The notes under the pieces were generated by a model. It was not told where the DNA came from. It saw nothing but the letters and a program-made list of their open reading frames with translations, and made no database searches. A DNA stretch of 28,761 nucleotides, taken from an uncultured Nannocystaceae bacterium. Its GTDB lineage: Bacteria; Myxococcota_A; Polyangia; Nannocystales; Nannocystaceae. Position numbers and translations under genes: made by a program. This document shows, in pieces, positions 15,653 through 24,734 of the stretch (the first letter of the stretch is position 1; every line of letters begins with the position of its first letter). The stretch lies in NCBI GenBank assembly GCA_964451725.1, contig CAYVJQ010000094.1, positions 1 to 28,761 of the forward strand, in the 5' to 3' direction.

Positions 15653-15913
15653 GTATTGCTCTCAGACTTCAGGAGCAGGTGAACGAGAGCCCAAAGCCCG
15701 GTCCCCCTCGCATCCGCGCTCAGCGGACGCGTCACTCCACGGGTCTGGTGGCTGTGCCCCTCACTCCGGGTGGGGCCTCCGAGGCTGTCAAGCTCGCATC
15801 GACTGAAAACTAGGGGCAGTCCCCATCGGAGTCAAGCAAGCGAGAACAGGAAGCAATCACACATGGCCGCCCTAGCAACCGATCGACCCGCCGATCGACC
15901 CCGCCGAGAATCC

Positions 15914-17458
15914 CTACAAATTCGCGCGCACGCTGGGCAGGCGCATCTTCCAGAGGAAGCCGTCGAAATAGAAGTGGGCCATGGATTGATACACCCCCCA
16001 AAACCCCAGCCAGTACGAGGTCCGGTAGCCCCAGACCTCAGGCCGCTCGGCCTCGGGCATGATGTACCGGCCCCAGTATTTGAGCATCAAAATAGCGACC
16101 CCAAAGGCCAGGATCATGCCCACATAAAACACCAGCGGGTGCCGGAGCATGCGCCCGAGGGCCGGGTCGTGGCTGAGCTTGCTCTGGTAGCGACGGCGCT
16201 GAAAGGCCCAGACGAACACGCAGTACTCGAGCGCGTGGCTGAAGGCGAAGGCCATGTAGACCTTGACCGGATCGAAGACGAAAAAGCACAGCGCCAGGCC
16301 CGTGGATCCCGCGACCATGAGCAAGCGCGGGGCGCTGCGCAGCTTGTTGGCCCGCCACTCGGCGCGCAGCCATAAAATGTAGACCACGGCGACGAAGGCC
16401 GTGGTCAAGGGCACGGTCACGGGCATGGCCTGCTCGAGCAGGTCGATGAAGCCCGGGAGCACAGCGGCCGCGCTGTGAAAGTAGTCGACCGCGACCTTGC
16501 GGTACACGGGCCCGAGCCAGGCGAAGTACAGGGGCAGCCAAGACAGGAGCAGGAGCTTGTCCATGGCGCCGGGCGTGCCGGGCTGTACGGGCGCCTTGGC
16601 GTTGTACATGCGCATGATCCCGTACTTCTGCATGTACACGTGCCAGAAGTTCCACAGCGCCGCGAACACCCCGATCAGCGCCAGGATGCTGGTCATCGCC
16701 ACGCCGCCGCTGGCGAGCAGGGGCTCCGCGAGCAAGGCCGCGCCCATGAGCGCGACGATGCACAGGGAGGCGATGAAGCCCCGGCCTCCCGAGACCGCGA
16801 TCGCCTGCTCGCGCGGGGGCCCGCCGGACTCGCTCGATGCACCCCTCTCACCGGATGCGGACGGACCGGGCTTGCTGGAGCGCCCGCGCAGGCGCTGCCA
16901 GTCGAACCAGGTCGAGGCGAACAAGGCCGCGGCGAACCACCACCACGCCGGGTCCAAACCCAGGGTGCCCAGAGACAGCAGGTGGAGCCCCGCGGCCGCG
17001 CCCATGGCCGCACCGAGCACCGCGATCAACTCGGCGTTGGGGACCGCGTCCGGGCCCCCGTCACGACGCAGGATCTGAAGCAAGACCACGAGCATGGCCG
17101 CCATCGCGCAGACCCCCGCGGCGCTCAACACCCATCCGCTGTGGGCCAACCACGGGCTCGCCAACCACGCGCCGAAGAGCAGGGCCGGGAACAGCCAAAA
17201 CCGAGCGGGGTAGCGCTCGCGGACCTGGCGATCGGCGTAGACGTAGGGCAGGCCGATGTGCCGGTGGAGGTCGCTCAGCGCGATGATGAGCAGGTACACC
17301 CCCAGGTAGTCCTTGCGGCCGTCACCCGCGAGCACGAGGGGGACGAGCACGAACACCCAGCTGAACGCGTAGGCGCTCAGGTCGACCAGGGGAGAGATGT
17401 GCCAGCCCGCGACCTTTTGGTCGGGGGCCGGAATACGGAACGCGGCGCGCAGGCCCAT
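15914..17458 (-). CDS. Polytopic integral membrane protein of unknown function (two hydrophobic halves joined by a Ser/Gly/Pro linker)
   Basis: Many hydrophobic spans and very high third-position GC downstream of the ATG at 17458. By my count GC3 is only about 63% between 17458 and the alternative ATG at 17629, which favours the shorter form. The ORF-track start at 17866 would overlap the gap gene. Confidence 0.7.
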   Translation of the reverse strand: MGLRAAFRIPAPDQKVAGWHISPLVDLSAYAFSWVFVLVPLVLAGDGRKDYLGVYLLIIALSDLHRHIGLPYVYADRQVRERYPARFWLFPALLFGAWLASPWLAHSGWVLSAAGVCAMAAMLVVLLQILRRDGGPDAVPNAELIAVLGAAMGAAAGLHLLSLGTLGLDPAWWWFAAALFASTWFDWQRLRGRSSKPGPSASGERGASSESGGPPREQAIAVSGGRGFIASLCIVALMGAALLAEPLLASGGVAMTSILALIGVFAALWNFWHVYMQKYGIMRMYNAKAPVQPGTPGAMDKLLLLSWLPLYFAWLGPVYRKVAVDYFHSAAAVLPGFIDLLEQAMPVTVPLTTAFVAVVYILWLRAEWRANKLRSAPRLLMVAGSTGLALCFFVFDPVKVYMAFAFSHALEYCVFVWAFQRRRYQSKLSHDPALGRMLRHPLVFYVGMILAFGVAILMLKYWGRYIMPEAERPEVWGYRTSYWLGFWGVYQSMAHFYFDGFLWKMRLPSVRANL

Positions 17459-17768
17459 CGCCGAGAACCTAACAGCCTGCGTCGGGCGCGAGAACCGAAC
17501 AACTCGCGGGGAGATCAGCAGCCAAAGATCATCTTGAGACAACCGAGCGACAGACCTTGGGTACGTGGACAGACGAAGCGCGCGTAACGCGGAGCCCCTT
17601 TCATTCTCCCCAACTGCTATGGTGGCCATGGTCTTGTGTGGCTCGACCGATTGGGTCCCCCTTCCGCATCCACCCCAATCGGTCAGGCCCCGGCCACCTT
17701 GCAAGTTTTGCGGTCGGTTCTGGGCGAGGGTCTGCGAGACCCGCGCCGAGGAGTTGTAGAATCCGGGC

Positions 17769-18773
17769 GTGACTACCCGCATCGGGATCAATGGTTTTGG
17801 ACGCATCGGGCGCGCCGTGTTTCGCATCGCCCACGCTCGCGAGGACATCGAGGTCGTCGGTATCAACGATCTCGCCGACCCCCACGACCTCGGATACCTG
17901 CTCGAGTACGACTCGGTCCACCGTCACTTCGGCGAGCCCGTGGGCGCGGCCGACGACGCCCTGATCATCGGGGACCGCAGGATCCCCTTCACCCGAGAGC
18001 GAGACCCTGCGCAGATCCCCTGGGGCCGCTACGGCGTGGACGTGGTGATCGAGGCGACTGGCGTGATGACCAAGCGCGAGGACGCGGCCAAGCACATCGA
18101 TGGCGGGGCCAAGCGGGTGCTGATCTCGGCCCCGGCCAAGGGCGAGGACGCGACCTTCGTGCTCGGCGTCAACGCGGGCGACTTCGATCCGGCGAACCAC
18201 AGCGTGGTCTCGAACGCCTCGTGCACCACCAACTGCCTCGCGCCTGTGGCCAAGGTCCTCGAGGACAGCTTCGGCGTGGAGCACATGCTGATCACCACGA
18301 TCCACGCCTACACGATCAGCCAGGCGATCCTCGATAGCCCACACCCCAAGGACCGACGCCGCGGGCGGACCGCGGCAGCCTCGATCATCCCGACCTCCAC
18401 GGGTGCCGCCCGGGCGACCGCCAAGGTCATCCCCAGCCTCGCCGGCAAGCTCGACGGCATGGCCCTGCGTGTGCCCGTGCCCAACGGCTCGGTCACCGAC
18501 ATCGTGGTCACCCTGTCCCGCGACACCACCATAGACGCCGTGTTGACGGCCCTGCGTGAGGCCGCCGCCGGGCCCATGAAGGGCATCCTCGACGTCAGCG
18601 ACGCGGAGCTCGTGTCCGCGGACATCATCGGCAACCCCTACTCTTCGATCATCGACGCGAAGAGCACCATGCAGATCGGGGCCCGGACCTTCAAACTGCT
18701 GAGCTGGTACGACAACGAGTGGGGCTACGCGAACCGCTGCGTCGACATGGCCGCGCTCATCGGCGGGGCGTGA
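17769..18773 (+). CDS. gap: Type I glyceraldehyde-3-phosphate dehydrogenase
   Basis: MTTRIGINGFGRIGR N-terminus, active-site SNASCTTNCLAP, and C-terminal WYDNEWGY. GTG start. Confidence 0.95.
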   Translation: MTTRIGINGFGRIGRAVFRIAHAREDIEVVGINDLADPHDLGYLLEYDSVHRHFGEPVGAADDALIIGDRRIPFTRERDPAQIPWGRYGVDVVIEATGVMTKREDAAKHIDGGAKRVLISAPAKGEDATFVLGVNAGDFDPANHSVVSNASCTTNCLAPVAKVLEDSFGVEHMLITTIHAYTISQAILDSPHPKDRRRGRTAAASIIPTSTGAARATAKVIPSLAGKLDGMALRVPVPNGSVTDIVVTLSRDTTIDAVLTALREAAAGPMKGILDVSDAELVSADIIGNPYSSIIDAKSTMQIGARTFKLLSWYDNEWGYANRCVDMAALIGGA

Positions 18774-18854
18774 TTCGAGCGATCCATCTCGGCGCTCGAG
18801 CGCCGCGGCCTCGAAGCCGTTGAAGTCGAAGGTGGCGACGGGCACAATGTCGGG

Positions 18855-19202
18855 ATGGATCGACCCGCCCGGACCCTGACCTTCGTCGTCGGCACCAGTT
18901 TGCTGACCGCCTCGCTCGCGGTCGCCACGACGGCCTGCTCCAAACCCACGACCAATCCGGGGCCCGAGTCCACACACGAGACTCCAGAGGCCCGAGAGAC
19001 CGACACGGACAAATCCGAGGTCTCGGTGAACCCCGAGCCCGAGCCCGAACCGAAGCCCGAGCTCGAACCGAAGCCCGAACCGGAGCCCGAGCTCGAACTG
19101 GAGCCCGACCACGTCAACCCGGGTCCCGAGCCCGAGCCCGACCACGTCAACCCAGGTCCGGAGCCCTCGGTGAACCCAGCGCCCGAGCCCAAGCCCGGCT
19201 GA
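18855..19202 (+). CDS. Small low-complexity lipoprotein with PE/PK repeats and repeated HVNPGP motifs
   Basis: Signal peptide LTFVVGTSLLTASLAVATTAC ending in Cys. Body EPEPEPKPELEPKPEPEPELELEPDHVNPGPEPEPDHVNPGPEP. Paralogous to the next gene. Confidence 0.6.
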   Translation: MDRPARTLTFVVGTSLLTASLAVATTACSKPTTNPGPESTHETPEARETDTDKSEVSVNPEPEPEPKPELEPKPEPEPELELEPDHVNPGPEPEPDHVNPGPEPSVNPAPEPKPG

Positions 19203-19245
19203 GCCGGCGTTTGCCTGACCCAAACCTGTGCGGGATGATGCAAGC

Positions 19246-19686
19246 ATGAGCACCGACCGTCATTTGACCGTTGTCGTCGGGACGAGCCTGCTGGCCGCGT
19301 CTCTGGCCCTGACGACCGCCTGTACCGACGGCGCGAGCGACAACGCCGGCGCGAGCGACAAAGCCGATGCTGGCGACAAAGCCGATGTCGGCGACAAGGC
19401 CGGCGCCGGCGACAAGGCCGACGCCGGCGACAAGACCGACACCGGCGCCGGCGACAAGGCCGGCGACAAAGCCGACGCCGGCGACAAGACCGACACCGGC
19501 GACAAGACCGACGCCGGCGAACAAGAGCCGGACGTGAGCCCTGTTCCTGAGCCCAAACCAGACCCAAAGCCCCTCGAGAAGGCCGTCGAGCCCATCCACG
19601 TCAACCCGGGACCGGATCCGGTCCCCAAAAAACCTATCGTCGATGTCCCCAAGCACACCAACCCGGGACCCGAGACTATCGACTAG
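19246..19686 (+). CDS. Small low-complexity lipoprotein (GDKADA repeats, NPGP motifs), paralog of 18855-19202
   Basis: MSTDRHLTVVVGTSLLAASLALTTAC closely parallels the neighbour's signal peptide. The body has (A/T)D(A/T)GDK repeats and then IHVNPGPDP and KHTNPGPE. The ATG at 19228 is an alternative start. Confidence 0.6.
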   Translation: MSTDRHLTVVVGTSLLAASLALTTACTDGASDNAGASDKADAGDKADVGDKAGAGDKADAGDKTDTGAGDKAGDKADAGDKTDTGDKTDAGEQEPDVSPVPEPKPDPKPLEKAVEPIHVNPGPDPVPKKPIVDVPKHTNPGPETID

Positions 19687-19692
19687 AGCCCG

Positions 19693-20586
19693 ATGAGCGC
19701 CGACTCTCAGGGCATCGCGTCGATGTTGGCGCCGGCGCGCGAGCGCCTCGCTCGGGTCCACCGCAACCAGGTTCACCGCGATCCCTGGCCCGATTTTTCG
19801 AGCTTCGATGCGGGGCCTTGGTCGGCCGAGGACCGCCGCGCCGCAGCCCTCCAGTGGGCAGGGCGGGCCCGCAATGAACATGGCTCCGTGCACCAGTTCT
19901 CGGAGCTGTGCCACGTCCTGACCACGGCGCGCATCGAGCTCGAGGTCCTCGGCTGTCTGGCCCGACTGATCACCGACGAGATCCGCCACACCGAGCTGTG
20001 TGCGGCGCTGGCCCTGGCGATCTGGCCCGAGGGCTCTGAGCGAGAGCCCAGGGTCTTCGCCTGGCCCGAGCCCCAAACCCCCTGGTCGAGCGCGCCCGAT
20101 TCGGGCGCCGAGGCGACCCTGGCCTGGGCCGCGTCGGCGATCCTGACCTCCTGCTGTCTGGGCGAGACCCTCTCCAAGCCCATGCTCGAGGCCCTCGCCG
20201 TGGTCTCGACCGAGCCCCTGGCCGAGGCCGTGAGCCGGCAGATCCTCCGCGACGAGCACCTGCATGCGCGCTTCGGATGGGAGATGTTGGCCCTGCTCCT
20301 GCCCCGCCTCGAGGACAGCTCGAAGGCCGAGCTCCAGGCCCAGCTGGCCCGCAATCTCGCCGGCTTCGAGCGCTCCGTGTGCCGGGAGCTCTCGATCGAG
20401 GATGTCGCCGGCCGGACGATCGAGATTGTGCGCGGGGAGCCCAACTTGGGGGTCCTGACCGGGGAGCAGTACGCGATGATCTTCTACTCCTGTCTCGAGG
20501 GTGAGATCTTCCCAGAGTTGATCACCCTGGGCTTCGACCCGGCCCTGGCCTGGTCCCAGCGACCGGCGCGTCCCTCCGCCACCTGA
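19693..20586 (+). CDS. Ferritin-like (putative di-iron) domain protein
   Basis: Two ExxH motifs in helical context: ITDEIRHTELC and LRDEHLHARFGWE. It starts 6 nt after the preceding lipoprotein gene. Confidence 0.6.
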   Translation: MSADSQGIASMLAPARERLARVHRNQVHRDPWPDFSSFDAGPWSAEDRRAAALQWAGRARNEHGSVHQFSELCHVLTTARIELEVLGCLARLITDEIRHTELCAALALAIWPEGSEREPRVFAWPEPQTPWSSAPDSGAEATLAWAASAILTSCCLGETLSKPMLEALAVVSTEPLAEAVSRQILRDEHLHARFGWEMLALLLPRLEDSSKAELQAQLARNLAGFERSVCRELSIEDVAGRTIEIVRGEPNLGVLTGEQYAMIFYSCLEGEIFPELITLGFDPALAWSQRPARPSAT

Positions 20587-20592
20587 ACGCGC

Positions 20593-21420
20593 TCAAGCGA
20601 GCCACCCCAGGACCAGCGGGCGAAGCATGAGCACGCCGCCGACCACGAGCATCACGAGCACGAACCAGCGCACGATGTCGGTGCCCTTGGCGACCTGCCA
20701 GCGCGCCCCCACCCACGCTCCGAGCATGGTCGCCAGGGCGAGCACCCCCGCGGGCAGCCACGCGACCTGGCCGGCGAGCGCAAATACGGGCAGGGCGATC
20801 AAGGTGTAGCCGAACACCAGGCCGACCTTGGCCGCGTTGGCCCGGATGAGGTCATAGCCGAGCACGCCGCTGAGCAGGGCGATCAGGGGGAAGCCCACCC
20901 CCGCCTGCAGAAAGCCTCCGTAGAGGCCCACAGCGCCCGCCAACACATAGGTCACCGGGGTCGGCTCGCGCTCCTCGTCCGGCGGGTGCAAGAAGCGATC
21001 GGGCTTGACCAGCAAGAGCACCGCCCAGACCAGCAAGAGCACACCGATCAGGGGGCGAAACAGGGCGTCGTCGAGGCGGGTGGCGAGCCACGAGCCGACC
21101 AGGGCGCCGAGGATCACCGGCGGCGCGAGCCGGCGAGTCAGGGCGTGGGGGCGGACCCCTTGTTTGTGAAAGGTCGCCGCCGCGACCCCAGTCTGGGCCA
21201 ACACCGCCACCCGGATGGTGCCGTTGGCGGTCCCGGCCGGGAGCCCCAGCCCGATCAAGATCGCGAGGACCAAGAACGAGCCCCCGCCGGCCATCACATT
21301 GACGACTCCAGCGACGAGTCCGGCGACCACGAGCAGGCCCAGGTCCAGCCAGGGATCACCCAGCAAACTCACCCCACCGAGGTCGGGCGGGGCAAAGGCC
21401 GCGAGCACCTCGGGTCTCAT
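20593..21420 (-). CDS. TauE/SafE (DUF81) family anion permease
   Basis: Polytopic membrane protein with VAGLVAGVVNVMAGGGSFLVLAILIGLGLPAGTANGT and a repeated second half. Start taken at MRPEVL (21420). Confidence 0.8.
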   Translation of the reverse strand: MRPEVLAAFAPPDLGGVSLLGDPWLDLGLLVVAGLVAGVVNVMAGGGSFLVLAILIGLGLPAGTANGTIRVAVLAQTGVAAATFHKQGVRPHALTRRLAPPVILGALVGSWLATRLDDALFRPLIGVLLLVWAVLLLVKPDRFLHPPDEEREPTPVTYVLAGAVGLYGGFLQAGVGFPLIALLSGVLGYDLIRANAAKVGLVFGYTLIALPVFALAGQVAWLPAGVLALATMLGAWVGARWQVAKGTDIVRWFVLVMLVVGGVLMLRPLVLGWLA

Positions 21421-21628
21421 CGCGCGGACGCTAACACGGGCTCGAGCGGCTCGATGCAGGGCCACTCCCAGCCTCTCGAGCCCGGTTCCACGCCAGCGTC
21501 GCTCGCCCCGTCCGCGCGGCCTCGCGCTTGCGATTCGAAGCGGAGTGGCCGTTCAGGATCGTCCGATCTTCTGGATCTTCCGGATCTCGCGCGCGCCCGG
21601 GCCCGTGGGCGGGACTAGACTCGAAGCG

Positions 21629-22240
21629 GTGGATCACCGACCCCGAGACGAGGCCGAGACCCGGGATCATCGCCACGCCGGGCGAGCGGCCCGGGTCGAT
21701 CGGGGGCTCCTCGCTGGAGTCTGCGCCCGCGAGCCCGCGGCCCAGCGCGCCTTTTACCTGCGCCATCAAGCCCGGGTCTCGGCTCAGATCTTGCGCATGA
21801 CCAGCGATCCCACCTCGGTCGAGGATCTTCTCCAGGAGGTGTTCATCGCGGCCTTCAACGGGGTCGGCCGATTCAGGGGTGAGAGCGAGGTCGACACCTG
21901 GATGCACACGATCGCGGCCAACAAGGTCCGCAACTGGTGGGAGTCCAACCGCCGCCGACACCGTCGAGAGTGCTTCGCCGCGTCCCCTGACACGGGCGAG
22001 ACCCCAACCCCAGACCGAGACCTCGAGGTCCTCGAGCACCGGGCGCGCCTGTGTCGGGCCGTGGGCGCGCTGGCCCCGAAATTTCGAGATGCCTTCAACG
22101 CCCGGGTGATCGGAGGCCTGAGCCTGCACGAGGCCAGCGTCGCGCTCGGGGTTCCGGTCAGTACGGTCTCCCATCGCACCCGCCGTGCCGAGCGGATCCT
22201 GTGCCAGGCCCTCGACATCGAACCCGACCCCGCGCTCTGA
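21629..22240 (+). CDS. ECF-type RNA polymerase sigma-70 family factor (start uncertain)
   Basis: Region 2: AFYLRHQARVSAQILRMTSDPTSVEDLLQEVFIAAF...DTWMHTIAANKVRNWW. Region 4 HTH: GLSLHEASVALGVPVSTVSHRTRRAERIL. Candidate starts are GTG 21629 and GTG 21605. The ATG at 21797 would truncate region 2. Confidence 0.75.
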   Translation: MDHRPRDEAETRDHRHAGRAARVDRGLLAGVCAREPAAQRAFYLRHQARVSAQILRMTSDPTSVEDLLQEVFIAAFNGVGRFRGESEVDTWMHTIAANKVRNWWESNRRRHRRECFAASPDTGETPTPDRDLEVLEHRARLCRAVGALAPKFRDAFNARVIGGLSLHEASVALGVPVSTVSHRTRRAERILCQALDIEPDPAL

Positions 22241-22437
22241 GTTCGGTTCTCTCTGCAGAACTCGCCGCAGGCGGGGGCAGCGTGCTTGTTCGCCGCGATC
22301 CGGGCGCATCCGCCCTCGCTCTCGCCGCGTGGTTCATTCTCGCCCAGGTCCGCAAGCGCACACCTCGAATTCACCGATCTTCTCGGCTCATTTCTACGCT
22401 GCTTGGAATTCCTCATCGAGGGTCTGTCCAAAGGGCG

Positions 22438-23568
22438 ATGGCCCTCGCCCAATCGAAAACCCTCGCCCGCAGCGCGCTCTTGCTGCTCGCCGCGCTCCCC
22501 CTGACCTTCTCGGCCTGCAAGGGCGACGACCCCCAGTCCGAGTCGAGCACCAGCGCGAGCGACGATGAAGTCGGGACCACCACCGACACCGGGGATGGCG
22601 AGGCGGGCGAGGCGGGTGAGGCCGGCTCTGCCGAGAGCAGCACCGGGGCCGACGCGGACACCACACAGGGCGACTCCACGGCCGAGACCGAAGCCGAGAC
22701 CAGCCTCGACACGGAGGGCGGGGCCGCCTGCGGTGACGGGGTCATCGACGAGGGCGAGGAATGCGACGACGGCGACGACAACGGTGAGACCTTCGCCTGC
22801 CTCTCAGACTGCACCCTCAACATCTGCGGCGACGGCTTCGAGGGCCCCGAGGAGGGCTGTGACGACGGCAACCTCGAGAGCGGGGACGGCTGCTCGGCCA
22901 CCTGCCTGCTCGAGGGTCTCGACCCCGAGGCGATCTTGTGTGGCAACAAGGTGTTCGCCTGCGGTGACACCATCGACAACGACGACGACGGCAAGATCGA
23001 CCTCGCCGACCCAGAGTGCATCTCACCCTGCGACGACAACGAGGCCAGCTTCCAGACCGACCTCCCGGGCCAAAACAACGACTGCAAGGCCGACTGTTAC
23101 TTCGACGACAACTCCGGCGGGGGCGACGACAAGTGCGAGTGGAACCTCAAGTGCGACCCGGAGAACCCGGGCGCCCAGGTCGGCTGCGAGTACGACCCCG
23201 ACTTCGGCATGTGCGAGACTCAGATGCCCCCCGAGTGCCTCGACTTCTGTGTGCCCTTGGTCCCCAACGGCTGCGACTGTTTCGGCTGCTGTGAGATCGA
23301 AGGCCAGTTCATCTACCTCGACTCGAGCCCCGATTGCTCACTCGACAACCTCGAGGGCTGCGAGGCCTGCACCTTCTTCGAAGACTGCAACAACCCCTGC
23401 ATCCCCGAGGACTGCGAGCTGTGCTTCGGGCAGGACCCGGACGACCTGCCCGAGGAGTGCGACGAGCCGACCTGCCCCGAGGGCCAGACCTCCTGCGGCG
23501 GTCAGGGAGACTGCGCCTTGGGCGAGTTTTGCCAGGCCGGCTGCTGCTTCCCCATCGACCCCCAATAG
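22438..23568 (+). CDS. Secreted lipoprotein with Myxococcus-type cysteine-rich repeats and a Cys-rich C-terminal domain
   Basis: MALAQSKTLARSALLLLAALPLTFSAC carries a lipobox and is followed by an acidic linker. CGDGVIDEGEECDDGDDNGE...CGDGFEGPEEGCDDGNLESGDGCSATC matches the CGDG..E.CDDGN..GDGC repeat. The C-terminal half is dense in Cys. Confidence 0.8.
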   Translation: MALAQSKTLARSALLLLAALPLTFSACKGDDPQSESSTSASDDEVGTTTDTGDGEAGEAGEAGSAESSTGADADTTQGDSTAETEAETSLDTEGGAACGDGVIDEGEECDDGDDNGETFACLSDCTLNICGDGFEGPEEGCDDGNLESGDGCSATCLLEGLDPEAILCGNKVFACGDTIDNDDDGKIDLADPECISPCDDNEASFQTDLPGQNNDCKADCYFDDNSGGGDDKCEWNLKCDPENPGAQVGCEYDPDFGMCETQMPPECLDFCVPLVPNGCDCFGCCEIEGQFIYLDSSPDCSLDNLEGCEACTFFEDCNNPCIPEDCELCFGQDPDDLPEECDEPTCPEGQTSCGGQGDCALGEFCQAGCCFPIDPQ

Positions 23569-23595
23569 CGGGGCTCCACAATAGCGAGACTCGCC

Positions 23596-24624
23596 CTACT
23601 CGCTCACGGAAGCGAGCAGGGCGGGGTCGTCGGTCATGATCCCGTCGACCCCGCGACCGATGAGCTCCTCCATCAGCGCGGCTCCGTTGACCGTCCAAGG
23701 GTGGACCTTGAGATCCAGTGTGTGGGCCCGCTCGACAAATTCCTCGCTGCACAGGTCCCAGGGCGGCTGAATGAAGTGACACGGTGGCGCGTACTCCGGG
23801 TCGTCCATGGCGGCCACGAAGGCCACCATCTCCCCGGTCGACATGGCCGTCTGCAAGTCGAGAGGTGAAGCGCGCACAGCCTCGATGGTCGCGTCGTTGA
23901 AAGAGGCGACGACCACCCGCGTGCCGACATCGTGGGCCTCGAGCAGGGCCAAGACCGCCGGCACGATGTCCGGCTCGGACTGCTTGATCTCCATGAGGTA
24001 GACCGCGTCGGGGAAGGTCTCGAGGACCTCCTCGAGGGTCGGCACTTGCACCCCCATCGCTCGAAAGGGGTGGGTCTCACCGCCGTCGGGGCTGAAGTCG
24101 TAACCCGCGTCGAGCTCCCGCAGGGCCTCGAGGCTGAGCTCGCGGATCAACCCCGAGCCGTCCGTGGTCCGGTCGACCGTGTCGTCGTGCATGAGCACCA
24201 CGACCCCGTCGGCGCTCGCGTGCAGATCCATCTCGATGACCGCTGCGCCAACGGACAGCGCGTGGGTATAGGCGATCAGGGTCTCTTCGGGGCGCAGCGC
24301 ACCGCCCCCGCGATGGGCGATGTTGATGAACTCGTCGGAGCGCAGGAGCTTCTCGGGTGCGACGCCGCCCTCACCCGTATCGTCTTCGGACCCGGTCTCG
24401 GTCTCGGTCCCTGTCCCGGTCTCGGTCGCGGTCCCTGTCTCTGAGCTGCTCTCGGTCTCGGTCTCGGTCGTGTCGACCCCGGACCCGATCTCGGTATCCG
24501 CGTCCCCTTCATCCGTGCTCGGATCTCCCCCACACCCACACAGCGTGGACAGACCCAGACTCAGACTCAGGGCCCACATCGACGGGGCGGACAGCTGAAG
24601 CGAGAACCGGCGCGGACAATCCAT
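23596..24624 (-). CDS. Glycerophosphodiester phosphodiesterase (GDPD family) lipoprotein
   Basis: Signal peptide with lipobox: MDCPRRFSLQLSAPSMWALSLSLGLSTLCGC. A TETE/TGTE acidic linker follows. GDPD motifs: INIAHRGGGALRPEETL...VIEMDLHASADGVVVLMHDDTVDRTT. Confidence 0.85.
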   Translation of the reverse strand: MDCPRRFSLQLSAPSMWALSLSLGLSTLCGCGGDPSTDEGDADTEIGSGVDTTETETESSSETGTATETGTGTETETGSEDDTGEGGVAPEKLLRSDEFINIAHRGGGALRPEETLIAYTHALSVGAAVIEMDLHASADGVVVLMHDDTVDRTTDGSGLIRELSLEALRELDAGYDFSPDGGETHPFRAMGVQVPTLEEVLETFPDAVYLMEIKQSEPDIVPAVLALLEAHDVGTRVVVASFNDATIEAVRASPLDLQTAMSTGEMVAFVAAMDDPEYAPPCHFIQPPWDLCSEEFVERAHTLDLKVHPWTVNGAALMEELIGRGVDGIMTDDPALLASVSE

Positions 24625-24734
24625 GCACTTGGATACCACGCTGCCGAAGAGTCTGGTCGCCGCCGTACTGGAGCCCCCGAGCTTAGGCGGCAAAGAGCGC
24701 GATCGCCCCCGCCACGGCCCACTCGAGCCCCCGC

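Noticed and set aside
15582-15953. Possible tmRNA (ssrA). The 3' end GCGGGTTCGACTCCCGTCAGGCGCA resembles the tmRNA T-arm and acceptor, and a complementary GCGCCTG lies 372 nt upstream.
   Set aside because: The acceptor would have G3:C70 instead of the G3:U70 pair needed for alanine charging. No CCA is encoded. I found no tag-peptide reading frame ending in ...LAA-stop. The 5' end would sit inside the 3' end of the membrane-protein CDS. A nearer complementary GCGTTTG gives a tRNA-sized element instead.
19090-19680. NPGP motifs as viral 2A-like ribosome-skipping sites
   Set aside because: The 2A consensus is D-(V/I)-E-x-N-P-G-P. The contexts here are PDHVNPGP, PIHVNPGP and PKHTNPGP, which do not fit it. 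The 2A mechanism is known from eukaryotic ribosomes. I kept the motifs only as a conserved-motif observation.
22241-22437. A separate small anti-sigma factor gene between the ECF sigma gene and the lipoprotein gene
   Set aside because: The track ORFs here (22185-22568, 22286-22504) have low-complexity Arg/Ser/Pro-rich translations with no zinc-binding HxxxCxxC or transmembrane anti-sigma features. Only an in-frame N-terminal extension of the lipoprotein remains conceivable, and that is noted as a finding.
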